This document shows, in pieces, positions 1 through 9,704 of a stretch of DNA of 64,000 nt. The stretch's first letter is position 1, and each line of letters opens with the position of its first letter. This DNA comes from an uncultured Pseudomonadales bacterium (lineage in GTDB: Bacteria; Patescibacteriota; Microgenomatia; UBA1400; MFAQ01), in NCBI GenBank assembly GCA_964513845.1, contig CAZENT010000001.1, forward strand, positions 149,278-213,277, in the 5' to 3' direction. The notes under the pieces are model-generated. The model was given only the letters and a program-made list of their open reading frames with translations. It was not told the origin of the DNA and ran no database searches. The position numbers and the translations under genes were made by a program.

Positions 1-1
1 C

Positions 2-247
2 TATTTGAGAAAAATAAATCGATTGTTCCGAAAAAAATGGATAAAAAGAGTGAGTGTTTTTCGAAAGCCTTTTGCCCAGCCAGTTTTCCCCATAAATTAC
101 TCAGAAGAGTTGCCAAAGATGAAAACGAAGCTGGCTGGACTGTATCTTGCCAACATGAGTATGGTTTATCCATTTGATCGCGGAACAAATTATGCGGTGA
201 AGATGGGGAATGAGGTAGCCAAACAAGTGTTGGGTGACTTAAGATAA
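2..247 (+). CDS. Partial CDS (3' end only; 5' end off-window): C-terminal fragment of a FAD/NAD(P)-dependent oxidoreductase (amine-oxidase / UDP-galactopyranose-mutase-like C-terminus)
   Basis: Reading frame is open from position 2 to the stop at 245-247 with no upstream stop. The tail ...LAGLYLANMSMVYPFDRGTNYAVKMGNEVAKQVL resembles the C-terminal FAD-binding helix of amine-oxidase/Glf-type flavoenzymes. Assignment is weak. Confidence 0.3.
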   Translation, partial: YLRKINRLFRKKWIKRVSVFRKPFAQPVFPINYSEELPKMKTKLAGLYLANMSMVYPFDRGTNYAVKMGNEVAKQVLGDLR

Positions 248-251
248 TAGT

Positions 252-2207
252 ATGTGGAGTGCAGACCTATTGATTATCCTCAAGGCATACATAATTAGTG
301 TGGGTGTGCAGTTTTTGGTGTGGCCATTGATAAGACGTATTTTCCCCAGACTACCCGACGAAGGCTGGGCTTTGGGAAGAGTAATAGTTACCCTGGTGAG
401 CGCATTGATTATTTGGCAGCTGAGCTATTTGGGGATGGCCGACAATAACACAGGGAGACTGTATGCGGTCTTGGGAGTGTTTGGTCTGATTAGCTTATGG
501 CTGGTTATTATGAATGGAATAAAGGCTTTTACGGTCACAAAAGCGACGGCTAAGATTATTGCCATTGAAGAGTATTTGTTTTTGGTGGGTTTTGGAATAA
601 TGGCGTTGATAAGAGCTCACGCACCAAACTTGGATAGCCTGGAAAAGTTTATGGATTTCGGTTTTCTAAATCAGTACTTGGTGTCCCCCACACTGCCCGT
701 GTCGGATATGTGGCAGGCAGGACAAACGATTAACTATTATTCTTTTGGGCATTACTGGGCAAGTATCTGGGTAAGGCTCTGGGGAGTTAGCCCGGCGGTT
801 GGGTATAACCTAATGCTTGCTTTTATCTTTGGAACTTCGATGGGCTTAGTGTTTTTAGCCTGCAAAACGCTGTCGGGAAGCAAGCCCTCCAAAGCCACCA
901 CAATAGGAGGAATTGTTGGCGCGTTGTCGGTAATGGTGGCAGGAAACAGCCATGTGATTTGGTATTTGTTAAAAAACAAGAGTATTGACAATTATTGGTA
1001 TGCTGAAGCCACCAGATTCATCCATAACACCATTCACGAGTTCCCTAGCTATAGTTTTGTAGTTTCGGATTTGCATGGCCACGTACTCGATTTGCCGGTG
1101 ATTTTGAGCTTTCTTGTGATATTGTTTGCCTGGCTGGAGAACAAGAAAAAAATTTACGAAGTGATTATGGGAGTATTGTTTGGGGTAATGATGATGACCA
1201 ATACCTGGGATGTGGCTGTTTATGGCTTGGTGCTTTGTGTTTTGGGAGTGCAAATAATAGTAACCAAGCCGGGAGAAATAAAAAAACTATTACTGTCTGG
1301 AGGAGTAATTTTGATTTCGATGCTTTTGGTTGCTTTGCCTTGGTGGCTATCATTTAAATCTATTTCCAATGGAGTAGCGCCGGTAATAGAAAGATCTCCT
1401 TTTTGGCAGTTACTGGTTTTGTGGGGCGGTGGAATGGTGGTTAATATTTTGGCAGTTTTAGTTGAAGGAAAGGGAGAGAAAAAAATGGTGATTCGAACAC
1501 TGGCTTTGAGCTCGATCTTTTTAATTGCAATTCCAGAGTTTGTTTATGCAAAAGACATTTATCCCAATCACCCAAGAGCTAATACAATGTTTAAGCTGAC
1601 TTATCAGGCTTTTATTATGATGGGTATTTTGCTGGGAACTACTTTTGGAAATATTATCGATAAAAGCAGAAAGGTCTCAGCTTGGTGGAGATCGGCGGTA
1701 ATTGCAATTCTTTTTTGGATTTTTGTGGGCACAATGAGCTTTCCCATGACGGCTTTTGCTACATATTATAGTAATTTTTCAACATATTATGGACTAAGTG
1801 GCGAGAGATGGATGGAAACAAAGTTGCCAGAAAACTATGGAGCAGTGAAGTATCTACGAGCCAACGCAGATGGAAAAAATATGGTTGAGGCTGTGGGTGA
1901 TAGTTATACACTTATGAATGCGGTTTCGGTATATTCCGGAGTGCCAACAATTCAAGGCTGGAGAGTGCATGAGTGGCTGTGGCGAGGGGGCTATGGAGAG
2001 GTCGCTGTTCGAGAAGAAGAGGTTAAAAACATTTATCAAGATGAAGATGTTGAGAAGACGGCAAAAAATTTGAAGAAATACAACGTAGGTTGGATTTTGG
2101 TTGGACAAAATGAACAAATAACATACAAAGTAAACGAAGAAAAATTGTGGCAGTTAGGAGACGTGGTTTGGAGGGAGGGAGAGTCCTATTTGGTCAAAGT
2201 ATATTGA
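252..2207 (+). CDS. Polytopic integral membrane protein, DUF2298/YYY-like putative GT-C-type glycosyltransferase
   Basis: 651 aa with 12 or more hydrophobic helices in the N-terminal 470 aa, a conserved-looking TINYYSFGHYW motif, and a C-terminal ~180-aa soluble domain. Lies next to an LCP-family gene. Confidence 0.45.
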   Translation: MWSADLLIILKAYIISVGVQFLVWPLIRRIFPRLPDEGWALGRVIVTLVSALIIWQLSYLGMADNNTGRLYAVLGVFGLISLWLVIMNGIKAFTVTKATAKIIAIEEYLFLVGFGIMALIRAHAPNLDSLEKFMDFGFLNQYLVSPTLPVSDMWQAGQTINYYSFGHYWASIWVRLWGVSPAVGYNLMLAFIFGTSMGLVFLACKTLSGSKPSKATTIGGIVGALSVMVAGNSHVIWYLLKNKSIDNYWYAEATRFIHNTIHEFPSYSFVVSDLHGHVLDLPVILSFLVILFAWLENKKKIYEVIMGVLFGVMMMTNTWDVAVYGLVLCVLGVQIIVTKPGEIKKLLLSGGVILISMLLVALPWWLSFKSISNGVAPVIERSPFWQLLVLWGGGMVVNILAVLVEGKGEKKMVIRTLALSSIFLIAIPEFVYAKDIYPNHPRANTMFKLTYQAFIMMGILLGTTFGNIIDKSRKVSAWWRSAVIAILFWIFVGTMSFPMTAFATYYSNFSTYYGLSGERWMETKLPENYGAVKYLRANADGKNMVEAVGDSYTLMNAVSVYSGVPTIQGWRVHEWLWRGGYGEVAVREEEVKNIYQDEDVEKTAKNLKKYNVGWILVGQNEQITYKVNEEKLWQLGDVVWREGESYLVKVY

Positions 2208-3278
2208 TTACTGTTTGCCTTTCAAAAGATTGTCGAGATATTTTTTGAGCGCAGACCAACTGTTGTCTTTGGGCATGAGAACCCATTCTCCTTTGTACTG
2301 TTTGGTAGGAGGATTGTAGAGAATGGTGAGACCATTTTCATCAGGCTGATCAGAGAAGGTAACAGAACGAACCGGATTATTCTTGGTTTCGAGAGCTATT
2401 TTGGCAAGAGTGGGATAGAGATTGTGACCAATATTGGTTTTTAGATTGCGATCTAATATGACAAAAAATGAGTCGAGTTTGTTTTTGTCGAGCAAAAAGT
2501 CAGGGGTGAGCATTTTTTGACGAAGAGCGGAAATGACTTGTTGTTGGCGTTTGGAACGAGCAAAGTCCGTACCCTCGTCGCCCACCGAGTGACGCGAACG
2601 AACAAACTTGAGAGAGGTTTCACCATCCAAATGAGCAGAACCCGTGGCGAAAGTAATGGATTCGTAACGAGAAGAAATTGGCATGGCGTTTTCTTTACCT
2701 AGAATTGGAAACTCGGAGTCAGTGAAGCCGGGGTTGACATCAACATCAATACCCCCAAGAAGATCAATGGTTTCTTTAAAAATAGTGAAGTTAACAATGG
2801 CCGTGTAGTGAATAGGAGTACCCAGATCTTCGAGAATGGCAGCCTCAGCCATCTGAATTCCGGCACCAGGACTAGCTTCTTCGCCGTAGTAATAAGCGGT
2901 GTTTATCTTGGCCTGAAGAGAAGGAACCCACAAATCACGAGGCACGCTAATCATAACCGGTGACTTGGTTTCGTGATTGTAGGAAAGAACAATTATGGTG
3001 TCAGCAAGATTGGGAGAGTCGGTGCCTTCCCCCCTTATACCAAGTAATAAAAAATTAGTGACACCATTGGTGTTATCCAGATTTTCGACAGGAGAACCAA
3101 AAAATCCAAGTAAATCTTGAGGTTTGACATGAAATCGAGAGAGGAGGTTGAAACCCTGAGCACCCAGCAAACCTAGGCCTGTCAGGAAAAGCAGAATCAA
3201 AAGAATGACAAGATGACGCCTTATAAAAGAGGCGAGGCGAATAAGAACCCTGACTGGTCTAATGTGGATTAGTTTCAT
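2208..3278 (-). CDS. LytR-CpsA-Psr (LCP) family cell-envelope glycopolymer phosphotransferase
   Basis: N-terminal TM anchor, then the LCP core LLLGIRGEGTDSPNLADTIIVLSYNHETKSPVMISVPRDLWV and the arginine-rich SRHSVGDEGTDFARSKRQQQV region. Confidence 0.85.
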   Translation of the reverse strand: MKLIHIRPVRVLIRLASFIRRHLVILLILLFLTGLGLLGAQGFNLLSRFHVKPQDLLGFFGSPVENLDNTNGVTNFLLLGIRGEGTDSPNLADTIIVLSYNHETKSPVMISVPRDLWVPSLQAKINTAYYYGEEASPGAGIQMAEAAILEDLGTPIHYTAIVNFTIFKETIDLLGGIDVDVNPGFTDSEFPILGKENAMPISSRYESITFATGSAHLDGETSLKFVRSRHSVGDEGTDFARSKRQQQVISALRQKMLTPDFLLDKNKLDSFFVILDRNLKTNIGHNLYPTLAKIALETKNNPVRSVTFSDQPDENGLTILYNPPTKQYKGEWVLMPKDNSWSALKKYLDNLLKGKQ

Positions 3279-3982
3279 TATGGAAGACTGTTGATGATGC
3301 CGGCAAAAAGAGTTGGCTCAAGACTGTCAGTGCCAACCAATACACCGTCGATACGATTTTGGTCAACAAAGGATTTGACGTTGTCGGCGGTGACAGAACC
3401 ACCGTACAAAACAGGGGCAAGATTGTCGATGAGGAAACTTATTTGATTAGTAACGTGATTGGCCTCAACGGGGTCAATGGGCTTCCCTGTGCCAATAGCG
3501 GCTATCGGCTCATAAACAAAGAAACAGCGAGAAACGTCGATATTCTTTTGGAAGAGTTCTTTGATTTGTTCATCAAGATAAGGAAGGTCGATGCAAACAA
3601 TGGGGGTGATGGAGTTCTCCAGAAGGAGTTTGGCTTTTTCGGCAACCATCTCACTGGTTTCGTTGAAATCGCGACGACGTTCGGAGTGGCCAACAATACA
3701 ATAACTGACCAATTCTCCAAGCATGTTGGCAGTGATTTCTCCGGTGTGTTTACCTGGAGCTAGATGAGAAACGTCTTGAGCACCGGTGATGATGGGAATT
3801 TCTAAGTCGGAGAGTTTGTGGTTAAAAGCAGCAATGTCAGTGAAAGGAAGACAAAGAATAACAGAAATGCCTGAAGAAAATTTAGGGTTAAGCGCTTGGA
3901 TGCCATCAATCCAGATTAATGACTCGGTGAGATTTTGATTACTTTTCCAGTTGCCAATAACGTACTTCATGGTTTGAGTCAA
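3278..3982 (-). CDS. tpiA: Triosephosphate isomerase
   Basis: VIGNWKSNQ N-terminus, the catalytic CIVGHSERR motif, and AYEPIAAIGTG with a Ser-for-Trp variant. Confidence 0.9.
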   Translation of the reverse strand: MTQTMKYVIGNWKSNQNLTESLIWIDGIQALNPKFSSGISVILCLPFTDIAAFNHKLSDLEIPIITGAQDVSHLAPGKHTGEITANMLGELVSYCIVGHSERRRDFNETSEMVAEKAKLLLENSITPIVCIDLPYLDEQIKELFQKNIDVSRCFFVYEPIAAIGTGKPIDPVEANHVTNQISFLIDNLAPVLYGGSVTADNVKSFVDQNRIDGVLVGTDSLEPTLFAGIINSLP

Positions 3983-4015
3983 TTATATGCTAAGTTTGCA
4001 ATACAATATATTGGA

Positions 4016-5932
4016 ATGAGTGATTTTTTAACAGGACTAAATGAGGAACAAAAAGAAGCGGTAACCTACGGAAAGGGACCACTTTTAATTTTGGCAGGGG
4101 CAGGCTCCGGAAAAACGAGAGTGTTAACTTACAGAACGGCATATTTAATCCAAGAAATGGGAGTGGAGCCGGAAAAAATTGCGTTACTGACTTTTACAAA
4201 CAAGGCGGCAGAGGAAATGAGACAAAGAGTAAAAAGCCTGGGAGGAAAAGCGGGAACTTTGGGTTTTTCGGGAACTTTCCATACTTTTTGCGCCAAGTTG
4301 TTACGTGAGTATGGCCCAAACGTGGGGGTGATGCCGAACTATGTGATATTTGATAGTGATGACTCGGAAGCAGCCATGAAGAAAGTACTTAAGGAGATGG
4401 ATATTGACCCAAAAGAAAGTAAGCCGGCAATGTTTTTGGCGGTAATTAGTAAAATGAAAAATGATTTGGTGAGTGTGACGGATGCCGAGACGACAGCTAG
4501 TGATTATTTCCGCCGAATGGTGGTAAAAGTGTGGAAAGCGTATCAAGACAAGTTACAAAAAAATAACGCGGTTGATTTTGATGATCTATTAGTTAAGGCC
4601 GTCGCATTATTAAAAATCGAGCGTATTAAAGAGGAGGTGAATAATCGGTTGGAATGGATTTTGGTGGATGAGTATCAAGACACAAACAAGGCACAGTTTG
4701 AGCTAACAAAGCATTTGGCTGGGAAAAAACAAAATATCACAGCGGTGGGTGACGCTGCTCAGGCAATTTATTCTTTTAGAGGAGCAGATTACCGTAATTT
4801 GGTGCTGTTTAAAAGCGAGTACCCGAAAGCGGCAATGGTAAGCCTGCCAATGAATTATCGATCGACACAAAATATTTTGGACACGGCTTACGGAGTGATT
4901 AGTCACAACACAACTCACCCAACGCTACATCTGGAAACCACAGAGGGGGCAGGAGAGATGGTAAGTATTTTTGAGGCTGGAGATGAGCGAGATGAAGCAA
5001 AATATGTGATTGAGCAGGCAAGAAAAATGTCAGAAGAGGATGGCGGGGTGGCAATTTTGTACAGAACAAATGCCCAGTCACGCGCTTTTGAAGACGAGCT
5101 GATGCGCCGAGATATCCCCTACAAATTGGTGGGTGGGTTGCGATTTTATAATCGCGCAGAAATTAAAGATTTGATCGCTTATTTGAGAATACTGAACAAT
5201 CCTGAAGAAGAAATCAGCCGAGGAAGAATTGAAAAATTAGGAAAGAGAAGAATGGAAACTTTTGACAGATGGCTTGAGAAAAAATCTAAAGAAGAGCGAG
5301 AAGAAAACCCGGGAAAATTGCTGGAGGAGATTATAAATGTGGTCGATTTCTTGGGAAGATTTGACGAAAGAGATGAAGATGATGTGGCCAGAATAGAAAA
5401 TATTAACGAACTTTTGGCTGTGGCTTCCGATTACAAAAATGTCGAGAAATTTTTGGAAAGTGCGGCTTTGGCCGAGTCGGATATCAAACAACACAAATCA
5501 AACGCCAAAATTACTTTGATGACGGTACACGCAGCCAAGGGGTTGGAGTTCGAAAATGTTTTTGTGGTCGGATTAGAAGAAGGATTGTTCCCCCATTCTC
5601 GTTCAATGCTTTCCGGTGAAAAAGAAGAAATTGAAGAGGAGCGACGCTTGGTATATGTAGCCATGACACGAGCAAAAAAAATCCTAACGTTGTCTTGGGC
5701 GAGAAACCGTCTGGTTTTTGGAGGACGTCATTCTTCAATTCCGTCGCGATTTTTGTCCGAAATTCCAGAAAATTTGTTGAAAAAAATAGGAGGGGTTCGG
5801 GAAGTGGAAAGAAAAATGTCCAAACCGGCACCAGAAATGGATGAGTTTGGAGAAAAGAAAAGAATAATTGTGCAAGACTGGGAAATTGCCGAAGCCACAA
5901 AGGATGATTTTGCCGAGATTGATAATTGGTAA
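4016..5932 (+). CDS. pcrA: ATP-dependent DNA helicase PcrA/UvrD (SF1)
   Basis: Carries GAGSGKTRVLTYR (motif I), VDEYQDTN (motif II), SFRGAD and YRSTQNIL. The ORF-track start at 3935 overlaps the tpiA 3' end; the ATG at 4016 (MSDFLTGLNEEQKEAV) is the likelier start. Confidence 0.85.
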   Translation: MSDFLTGLNEEQKEAVTYGKGPLLILAGAGSGKTRVLTYRTAYLIQEMGVEPEKIALLTFTNKAAEEMRQRVKSLGGKAGTLGFSGTFHTFCAKLLREYGPNVGVMPNYVIFDSDDSEAAMKKVLKEMDIDPKESKPAMFLAVISKMKNDLVSVTDAETTASDYFRRMVVKVWKAYQDKLQKNNAVDFDDLLVKAVALLKIERIKEEVNNRLEWILVDEYQDTNKAQFELTKHLAGKKQNITAVGDAAQAIYSFRGADYRNLVLFKSEYPKAAMVSLPMNYRSTQNILDTAYGVISHNTTHPTLHLETTEGAGEMVSIFEAGDERDEAKYVIEQARKMSEEDGGVAILYRTNAQSRAFEDELMRRDIPYKLVGGLRFYNRAEIKDLIAYLRILNNPEEEISRGRIEKLGKRRMETFDRWLEKKSKEEREENPGKLLEEIINVVDFLGRFDERDEDDVARIENINELLAVASDYKNVEKFLESAALAESDIKQHKSNAKITLMTVHAAKGLEFENVFVVGLEEGLFPHSRSMLSGEKEEIEEERRLVYVAMTRAKKILTLSWARNRLVFGGRHSSIPSRFLSEIPENLLKKIGGVREVERKMSKPAPEMDEFGEKKRIIVQDWEIAEATKDDFAEIDNW

Positions 5933-5948
5933 ATTGTTACAATGAAAT

Positions 5949-6440
5949 ATGAATAATGTTGAAGTAAGAAAATCTCCCATTCAAGGAACTGGAGTGTATT
6001 CGCTTAAAAATTTTATTGAAGGAGAAATAATATTAAGTATTGATGACTCCCAAGTTGTGACAGATCCTTCGACACTATCAGATGAAGATAATGAGTATAA
6101 CTGCGATTATCTAGATAACGGAAAGGTAGTCTTGATGAAAGATCCGGAGCGTAGTATTAACCACTCTTGTGACCCTTCAACTTACATTAAAACAATTGAC
6201 GGAATCAGAAAAGTTATTGCCAAGAAAAATATAAAAATCGGTGATGAGATAACTTTTGACTATGCCATAAATGGCGAAAACGAGGGATCGTTCGTGTGTC
6301 GATGTGGAAGCGATAGGTGTCGAAAGATATATAACGGAAATTTTTTTAAGCTGCCGATAGAGCTTCAGAAAGAGTATTTACCCTTCCTAGATGATTGGTT
6401 TGTAAACAAGCATAAAGCTGAGTTAGATAAGCTAAAATAA
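5949..6440 (+). CDS. SET-domain protein (putative protein-lysine methyltransferase)
   Basis: NHSCDPS (the SET N-H-S/C motif), the ELTFDY-like FDYAING motif, and a post-SET Cys cluster CRCGSDRCRK. Confidence 0.65.
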   Translation: MNNVEVRKSPIQGTGVYSLKNFIEGEIILSIDDSQVVTDPSTLSDEDNEYNCDYLDNGKVVLMKDPERSINHSCDPSTYIKTIDGIRKVIAKKNIKIGDEITFDYAINGENEGSFVCRCGSDRCRKIYNGNFFKLPIELQKEYLPFLDDWFVNKHKAELDKLK

Positions 6441-6443
6441 ACT

Positions 6444-7460
6444 GTGATAATCGAAGTAGCTGAAAAAGATAAACAAAAATTTGACATGGCGGCTCGCCAT
6501 CCGTTGCAGTCTTGGGCATGGGGTGAGTTTCGCAAAAAAACGGGAGTTGGTTTGTCCCGATTGGGTTTTGGAGAAAAAAACATTGAGAATTCTTTCCAGA
6601 TTACCTGGCACAGTATTCCCTACACTCAGTTTTGTATTGGGTATTGTCCAAAATCAGTGGTGCCAAGTATTGAAGAGGTCAAAGCAATTCAAATAGAGGC
6701 AAAAAAGAGGAAGGCTATCTTTGTGAAGTTTGAGCCAAACGAAAGAATTAATCAGAGCACAGAAAAGAGTATTCATTCTCTGGAAAAGGACTTTAATTGG
6801 GTAAAGGGAAAATCATTGTTTACAAAATATACATTTCAGCTAGATATTTCTAAAAGCGAAGAGGAACTGTTGAAAAACATGCACCAAAAAACGAGGTACA
6901 ACTTGAGGTTGGCCGAGAAAAAAGGAGTTGAAATTATTGAAGATAATAGCGAGGCGGGATTTGAGGATTACTGGAAATTAATGGAAGAAACAACAAAACG
7001 TCAAGGTTTTTTTGCTCACGGGAAAAATTATCACCGTAAAATGTGGCAAACAATGACCGAGTCAGGACAAGGACATCTTTTTAAAGCTGTATACGAAGGA
7101 AAAACTTTGACAACGTGGATGATATTTATTTTAAATGACGTTATTTATTACCCATATGGAGCCTCAAGCAATGAAAATAGAGAGGTGATGGCCAGTAATT
7201 TGATGATGTGGGAAGTGATTCGTTATGGCAAAAAACAAGGTTGTAGATTGTTTGATATGTGGGGCAGTCTGGGACCCGAGCCAGATGTACACGACCCTTG
7301 GTATGGCTTTCATAAATTTAAGCAAGGATATGGGGCAGAGTTGGTAGAGTTTTTGGGAAGTTTTGATTTGGTGATTTCTCCGACATTATATAAAATTTAC
7401 GGACTGACCGATAAAGTGCGCTGGGTGGGACTAAAATTATTGGCTGGACTCCGAAGGTAA
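6444..7460 (+). CDS. FemAB-family peptidoglycan interpeptide-bridge aminoacyltransferase (paralog 1)
   Basis: FemAB/MurM-like layout: N-terminal HPLQSWAWGEFRKKTG, TRYNLRLAEKKGVEI, and a C-terminal GNAT-like half. Confidence 0.65.
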   Translation: MIIEVAEKDKQKFDMAARHPLQSWAWGEFRKKTGVGLSRLGFGEKNIENSFQITWHSIPYTQFCIGYCPKSVVPSIEEVKAIQIEAKKRKAIFVKFEPNERINQSTEKSIHSLEKDFNWVKGKSLFTKYTFQLDISKSEEELLKNMHQKTRYNLRLAEKKGVEIIEDNSEAGFEDYWKLMEETTKRQGFFAHGKNYHRKMWQTMTESGQGHLFKAVYEGKTLTTWMIFILNDVIYYPYGASSNENREVMASNLMMWEVIRYGKKQGCRLFDMWGSLGPEPDVHDPWYGFHKFKQGYGAELVEFLGSFDLVISPTLYKIYGLTDKVRWVGLKLLAGLRR

Positions 7461-8282
7461 ATGGAGGATATTCGTCAAAATATTGGCTGGGCGGGACACT
7501 TAAAGCATCGCGGCTGGAAAACGGTGAAACTGAAATCTTCTGATGGTCGACATACGATTCAAGCTTTTATCTTACGGCTTGGTTGGTGGCCATTTTCGAT
7601 GATGAAAATTCAAAGAGCCATTTATGATCCTGATTTTAATGAATTAAAGAGAATTAAAAGAAAATATTGGGTTGTTAACTCAATTGTTGAGCCACAAAAA
7701 GTGCAAAATCCAGAGGCCTTTAGACGAGCAGGCTATCGCCTAACTCGATTCCCGTATTTGGCGATGAGCTCTTACATTAACAACCTGACAAAAAGTGAGG
7801 GTGAGATTTGGTCTGGTTTGTCGGAGAACGCCAGAAGATTAATTAATAAAAATAAAGAGGTAATAATTGAAAAAGCGAGCCCAAAAGAGTTTTGTAAATT
7901 TTGGAAAAAGTCATCAAAAATCTGGATTATGCAGCCAGCAGAAGTGGAAAATTTGATCAAAAGTTTCAAGGGAAAAGTGAGATTAACCATGAGTCGAGTT
8001 GGAAATGAGTATCACTCCGGACTGATGGTGGTTTATTCAAAAGACACAGCTAACTATTACATGACTTGGACGAGCGAGCTAGGCAGATTGTCTGGAGCTC
8101 ATTACAAATTGGTATGGGAGGAAATGCTTGAAGCAAAAAGAAGAAAGATGAAGTATTTTGATTTTGAAGGGGTATTTGATCCTCGTTGGCCACAAAAAAA
8201 GTGGAAAGGTTTTACGGAGTTTAAACGACGTTTTGGGGGAAAATTGGTGCAGTTTCCTGGAGGATTTTTTCGTTGGCTGTAG
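7461..8282 (+). CDS. FemAB-family protein (paralog 2, shorter)
   Basis: C-terminal KLVWEEMLEAKRRKMKYFDFEGV resembles the FemAB/lipid II aminoacyltransferase C-terminus. Sits directly after paralog 1, separated only by a stop and start codon. Confidence 0.45.
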   Translation: MEDIRQNIGWAGHLKHRGWKTVKLKSSDGRHTIQAFILRLGWWPFSMMKIQRAIYDPDFNELKRIKRKYWVVNSIVEPQKVQNPEAFRRAGYRLTRFPYLAMSSYINNLTKSEGEIWSGLSENARRLINKNKEVIIEKASPKEFCKFWKKSSKIWIMQPAEVENLIKSFKGKVRLTMSRVGNEYHSGLMVVYSKDTANYYMTWTSELGRLSGAHYKLVWEEMLEAKRRKMKYFDFEGVFDPRWPQKKWKGFTEFKRRFGGKLVQFPGGFFRWL

Positions 8283-8290
8283 ATAGTAAA

Positions 8291-8322
8291 AACCCACCCT
8301 TTTTAGGGGGTGGGTTAACAGT
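8291..8322 (-). terminator. Intrinsic terminator hairpin (AACCCACCC / GGGTGGGTT, 9-bp stem) between convergent genes
   Basis: Perfect 9-bp stem 8291-8299/8308-8316 with an 8-nt loop. A T-run follows on the minus strand. Confidence 0.6.
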
Positions 8323-8326
8323 TGTT

Positions 8327-9073
8327 TTATTCTTGATAAGCTTCATAAGCTTCGGGGCGAATTACATCTTTCCGAAGCAACATCAACAATTCCGGTAGAG
8401 ATTTTTCGGGATAGGGAAGATACTTTCCTCCACCGCCACCGGATCCGATCATAAGACCGCCATCTTTGAGAATGCTATACAGAGAACGACCATCCCTCAT
8501 TTTCATACGAGTGCGACCCTTGGTACAGACTTCGACAATCATGGCGTTGAGCGAGGTGATGATTTCGTCCCTGTCAAACAGATTGTCATTGGCCAGTTTA
8601 GCTGCGGCGATGATTCTAATTAACAATTCGGCCGAAATTACATCGGAAACTTTGTCTTTTCCCGCAATGGCGGAGCTTCCGGTAACTTCACGAGACTGGT
8701 CAAGCCAGAATTTTTCTTTGACTAGCCAGTCGTTTGGGGTTAGTCCCCATAAATTTCCGGCCAAATTAAAAATGGCAATTTTTCGTTCCATCTCAGTCCC
8801 TTCGGCCACATTTATTCCGGGTAAATATTCCGACTTCATTTTTGAGATGTCCAAATTACAATAGACTGCATCGAGAAGACCGCGAGTAAATACTCCTTCT
8901 CCGCAGGCTATCCGCCTCCCAACTTCAGTCCAGACAGTCTGATAATCAATTTTCACTTGTTGTCTCCTTAAAAGTGCAAGATTTGGGGATATTATAACAA
9001 ATGCTTCAACTATAGGGCTTTTCCCAACTTTCCACTTCGCCTTCGACGAGATAAAAGAGCGGATTAAGTTCAA
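8327..9073 (-). CDS. Hypothetical protein (no confident family)
   Basis: 248-aa ORF with a Gly5 stretch near the C-terminus. Its first 68 nt overlap the 3' end of the upstream pdg-like gene, so the true start may be internal. Confidence 0.4.
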   Translation of the reverse strand: MNLIRSFISSKAKWKVGKSPIVEAFVIISPNLALLRRQQVKIDYQTVWTEVGRRIACGEGVFTRGLLDAVYCNLDISKMKSEYLPGINVAEGTEMERKIAIFNLAGNLWGLTPNDWLVKEKFWLDQSREVTGSSAIAGKDKVSDVISAELLIRIIAAAKLANDNLFDRDEIITSLNAMIVEVCTKGRTRMKMRDGRSLYSILKDGGLMIGSGGGGGKYLPYPEKSLPELLMLLRKDVIRPEAYEAYQE

Positions 9074-9437
9074 AGTGTTCGATTTTGTTTAAAGTATCCA
9101 GGTCTTTGGGAGAGCGATGGAGTAGTTTATTTTTTAGATGAATCGTTTCATAAATTACCTGACCCGAGTTAACAGCAATCGAAACAGGTTTTGTTTTCTG
9201 AAGTTTTGACGGGTCAAAACAGTAACCTCTTATACAGGATTCGTCATATATGACATGAAGAAAAATATTGATGGCTGAAATTGGATCTGAGGAAGAACGA
9301 AAGCGCGATAGCTGAGGGTGATTGCGGTAACCGTTGGTGTTTCCTTCAAGGACCTTGCGAGCAAGAAGCGCTTCGCGCCAAACAGCCAGAAGACCTTTGG
9401 TGTCGAGGTGTTTGGGATGTAGGCTCCAAAGACGCAT
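9006..9437 (-). CDS. Pyrimidine-dimer DNA glycosylase (T4 endonuclease V / DenV-like)
   Basis: N-terminus MRLWSLHPKHLDTKGLLAVWREALLARKVL matches the conserved start of bacterial Pyr_excise family proteins. Confidence 0.55.
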   Translation of the reverse strand: MRLWSLHPKHLDTKGLLAVWREALLARKVLEGNTNGYRNHPQLSRFRSSSDPISAINIFLHVIYDESCIRGYCFDPSKLQKTKPVSIAVNSGQVIYETIHLKNKLLHRSPKDLDTLNKIEHFELNPLFYLVEGEVESWEKPYS

Positions 9438-9703
9438 TAGAAAAGGGTTTTTTGTTTGGGTAATATTTCAAAATTATGCAAAAGATCTGGGACTTCAATT
9501 TTTTTAATTTTCGATGTATGGCCAGAAATTAGTGAAATTTGAGAGGGTGAAATGGAAAAATATTTGGCAAGGGACTTGATGATAGCGTCGTTGGCTCGGC
9601 CATCAACTGGAGGCTCTTTGACAGAAACAGCATAAGTATTCTGATCGATTTGAACCACCTTTTCCTGTTTCTTTTTGGGTTTGGCAATTATGGTTAGGAG
9701 CAT
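9437..9703 (-). CDS. DUF167 (YggU) family protein
   Basis: DGRANDAIIKSLAKYFSISPSQISLISGHTSKIKKIEV matches the YggU signature (dGkAN ... sG.tsr.K). Confidence 0.75.
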   Translation of the reverse strand: MLLTIIAKPKKKQEKVVQIDQNTYAVSVKEPPVDGRANDAIIKSLAKYFSISPSQISLISGHTSKIKKIEVPDLLHNFEILPKQKTLF

Positions 9704-9704
9704 A

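Noticed and set aside
3359-3763. 134-aa plus-strand ORF inside tpiA
   Set aside because: Antisense to a conserved glycolytic gene; no motif.
3935-4015. Upstream extension of pcrA overlapping the tpiA 3' end by 48 nt
   Set aside because: The later ATG at 4016 precedes the conserved helicase N-terminus and removes the convergent overlap.
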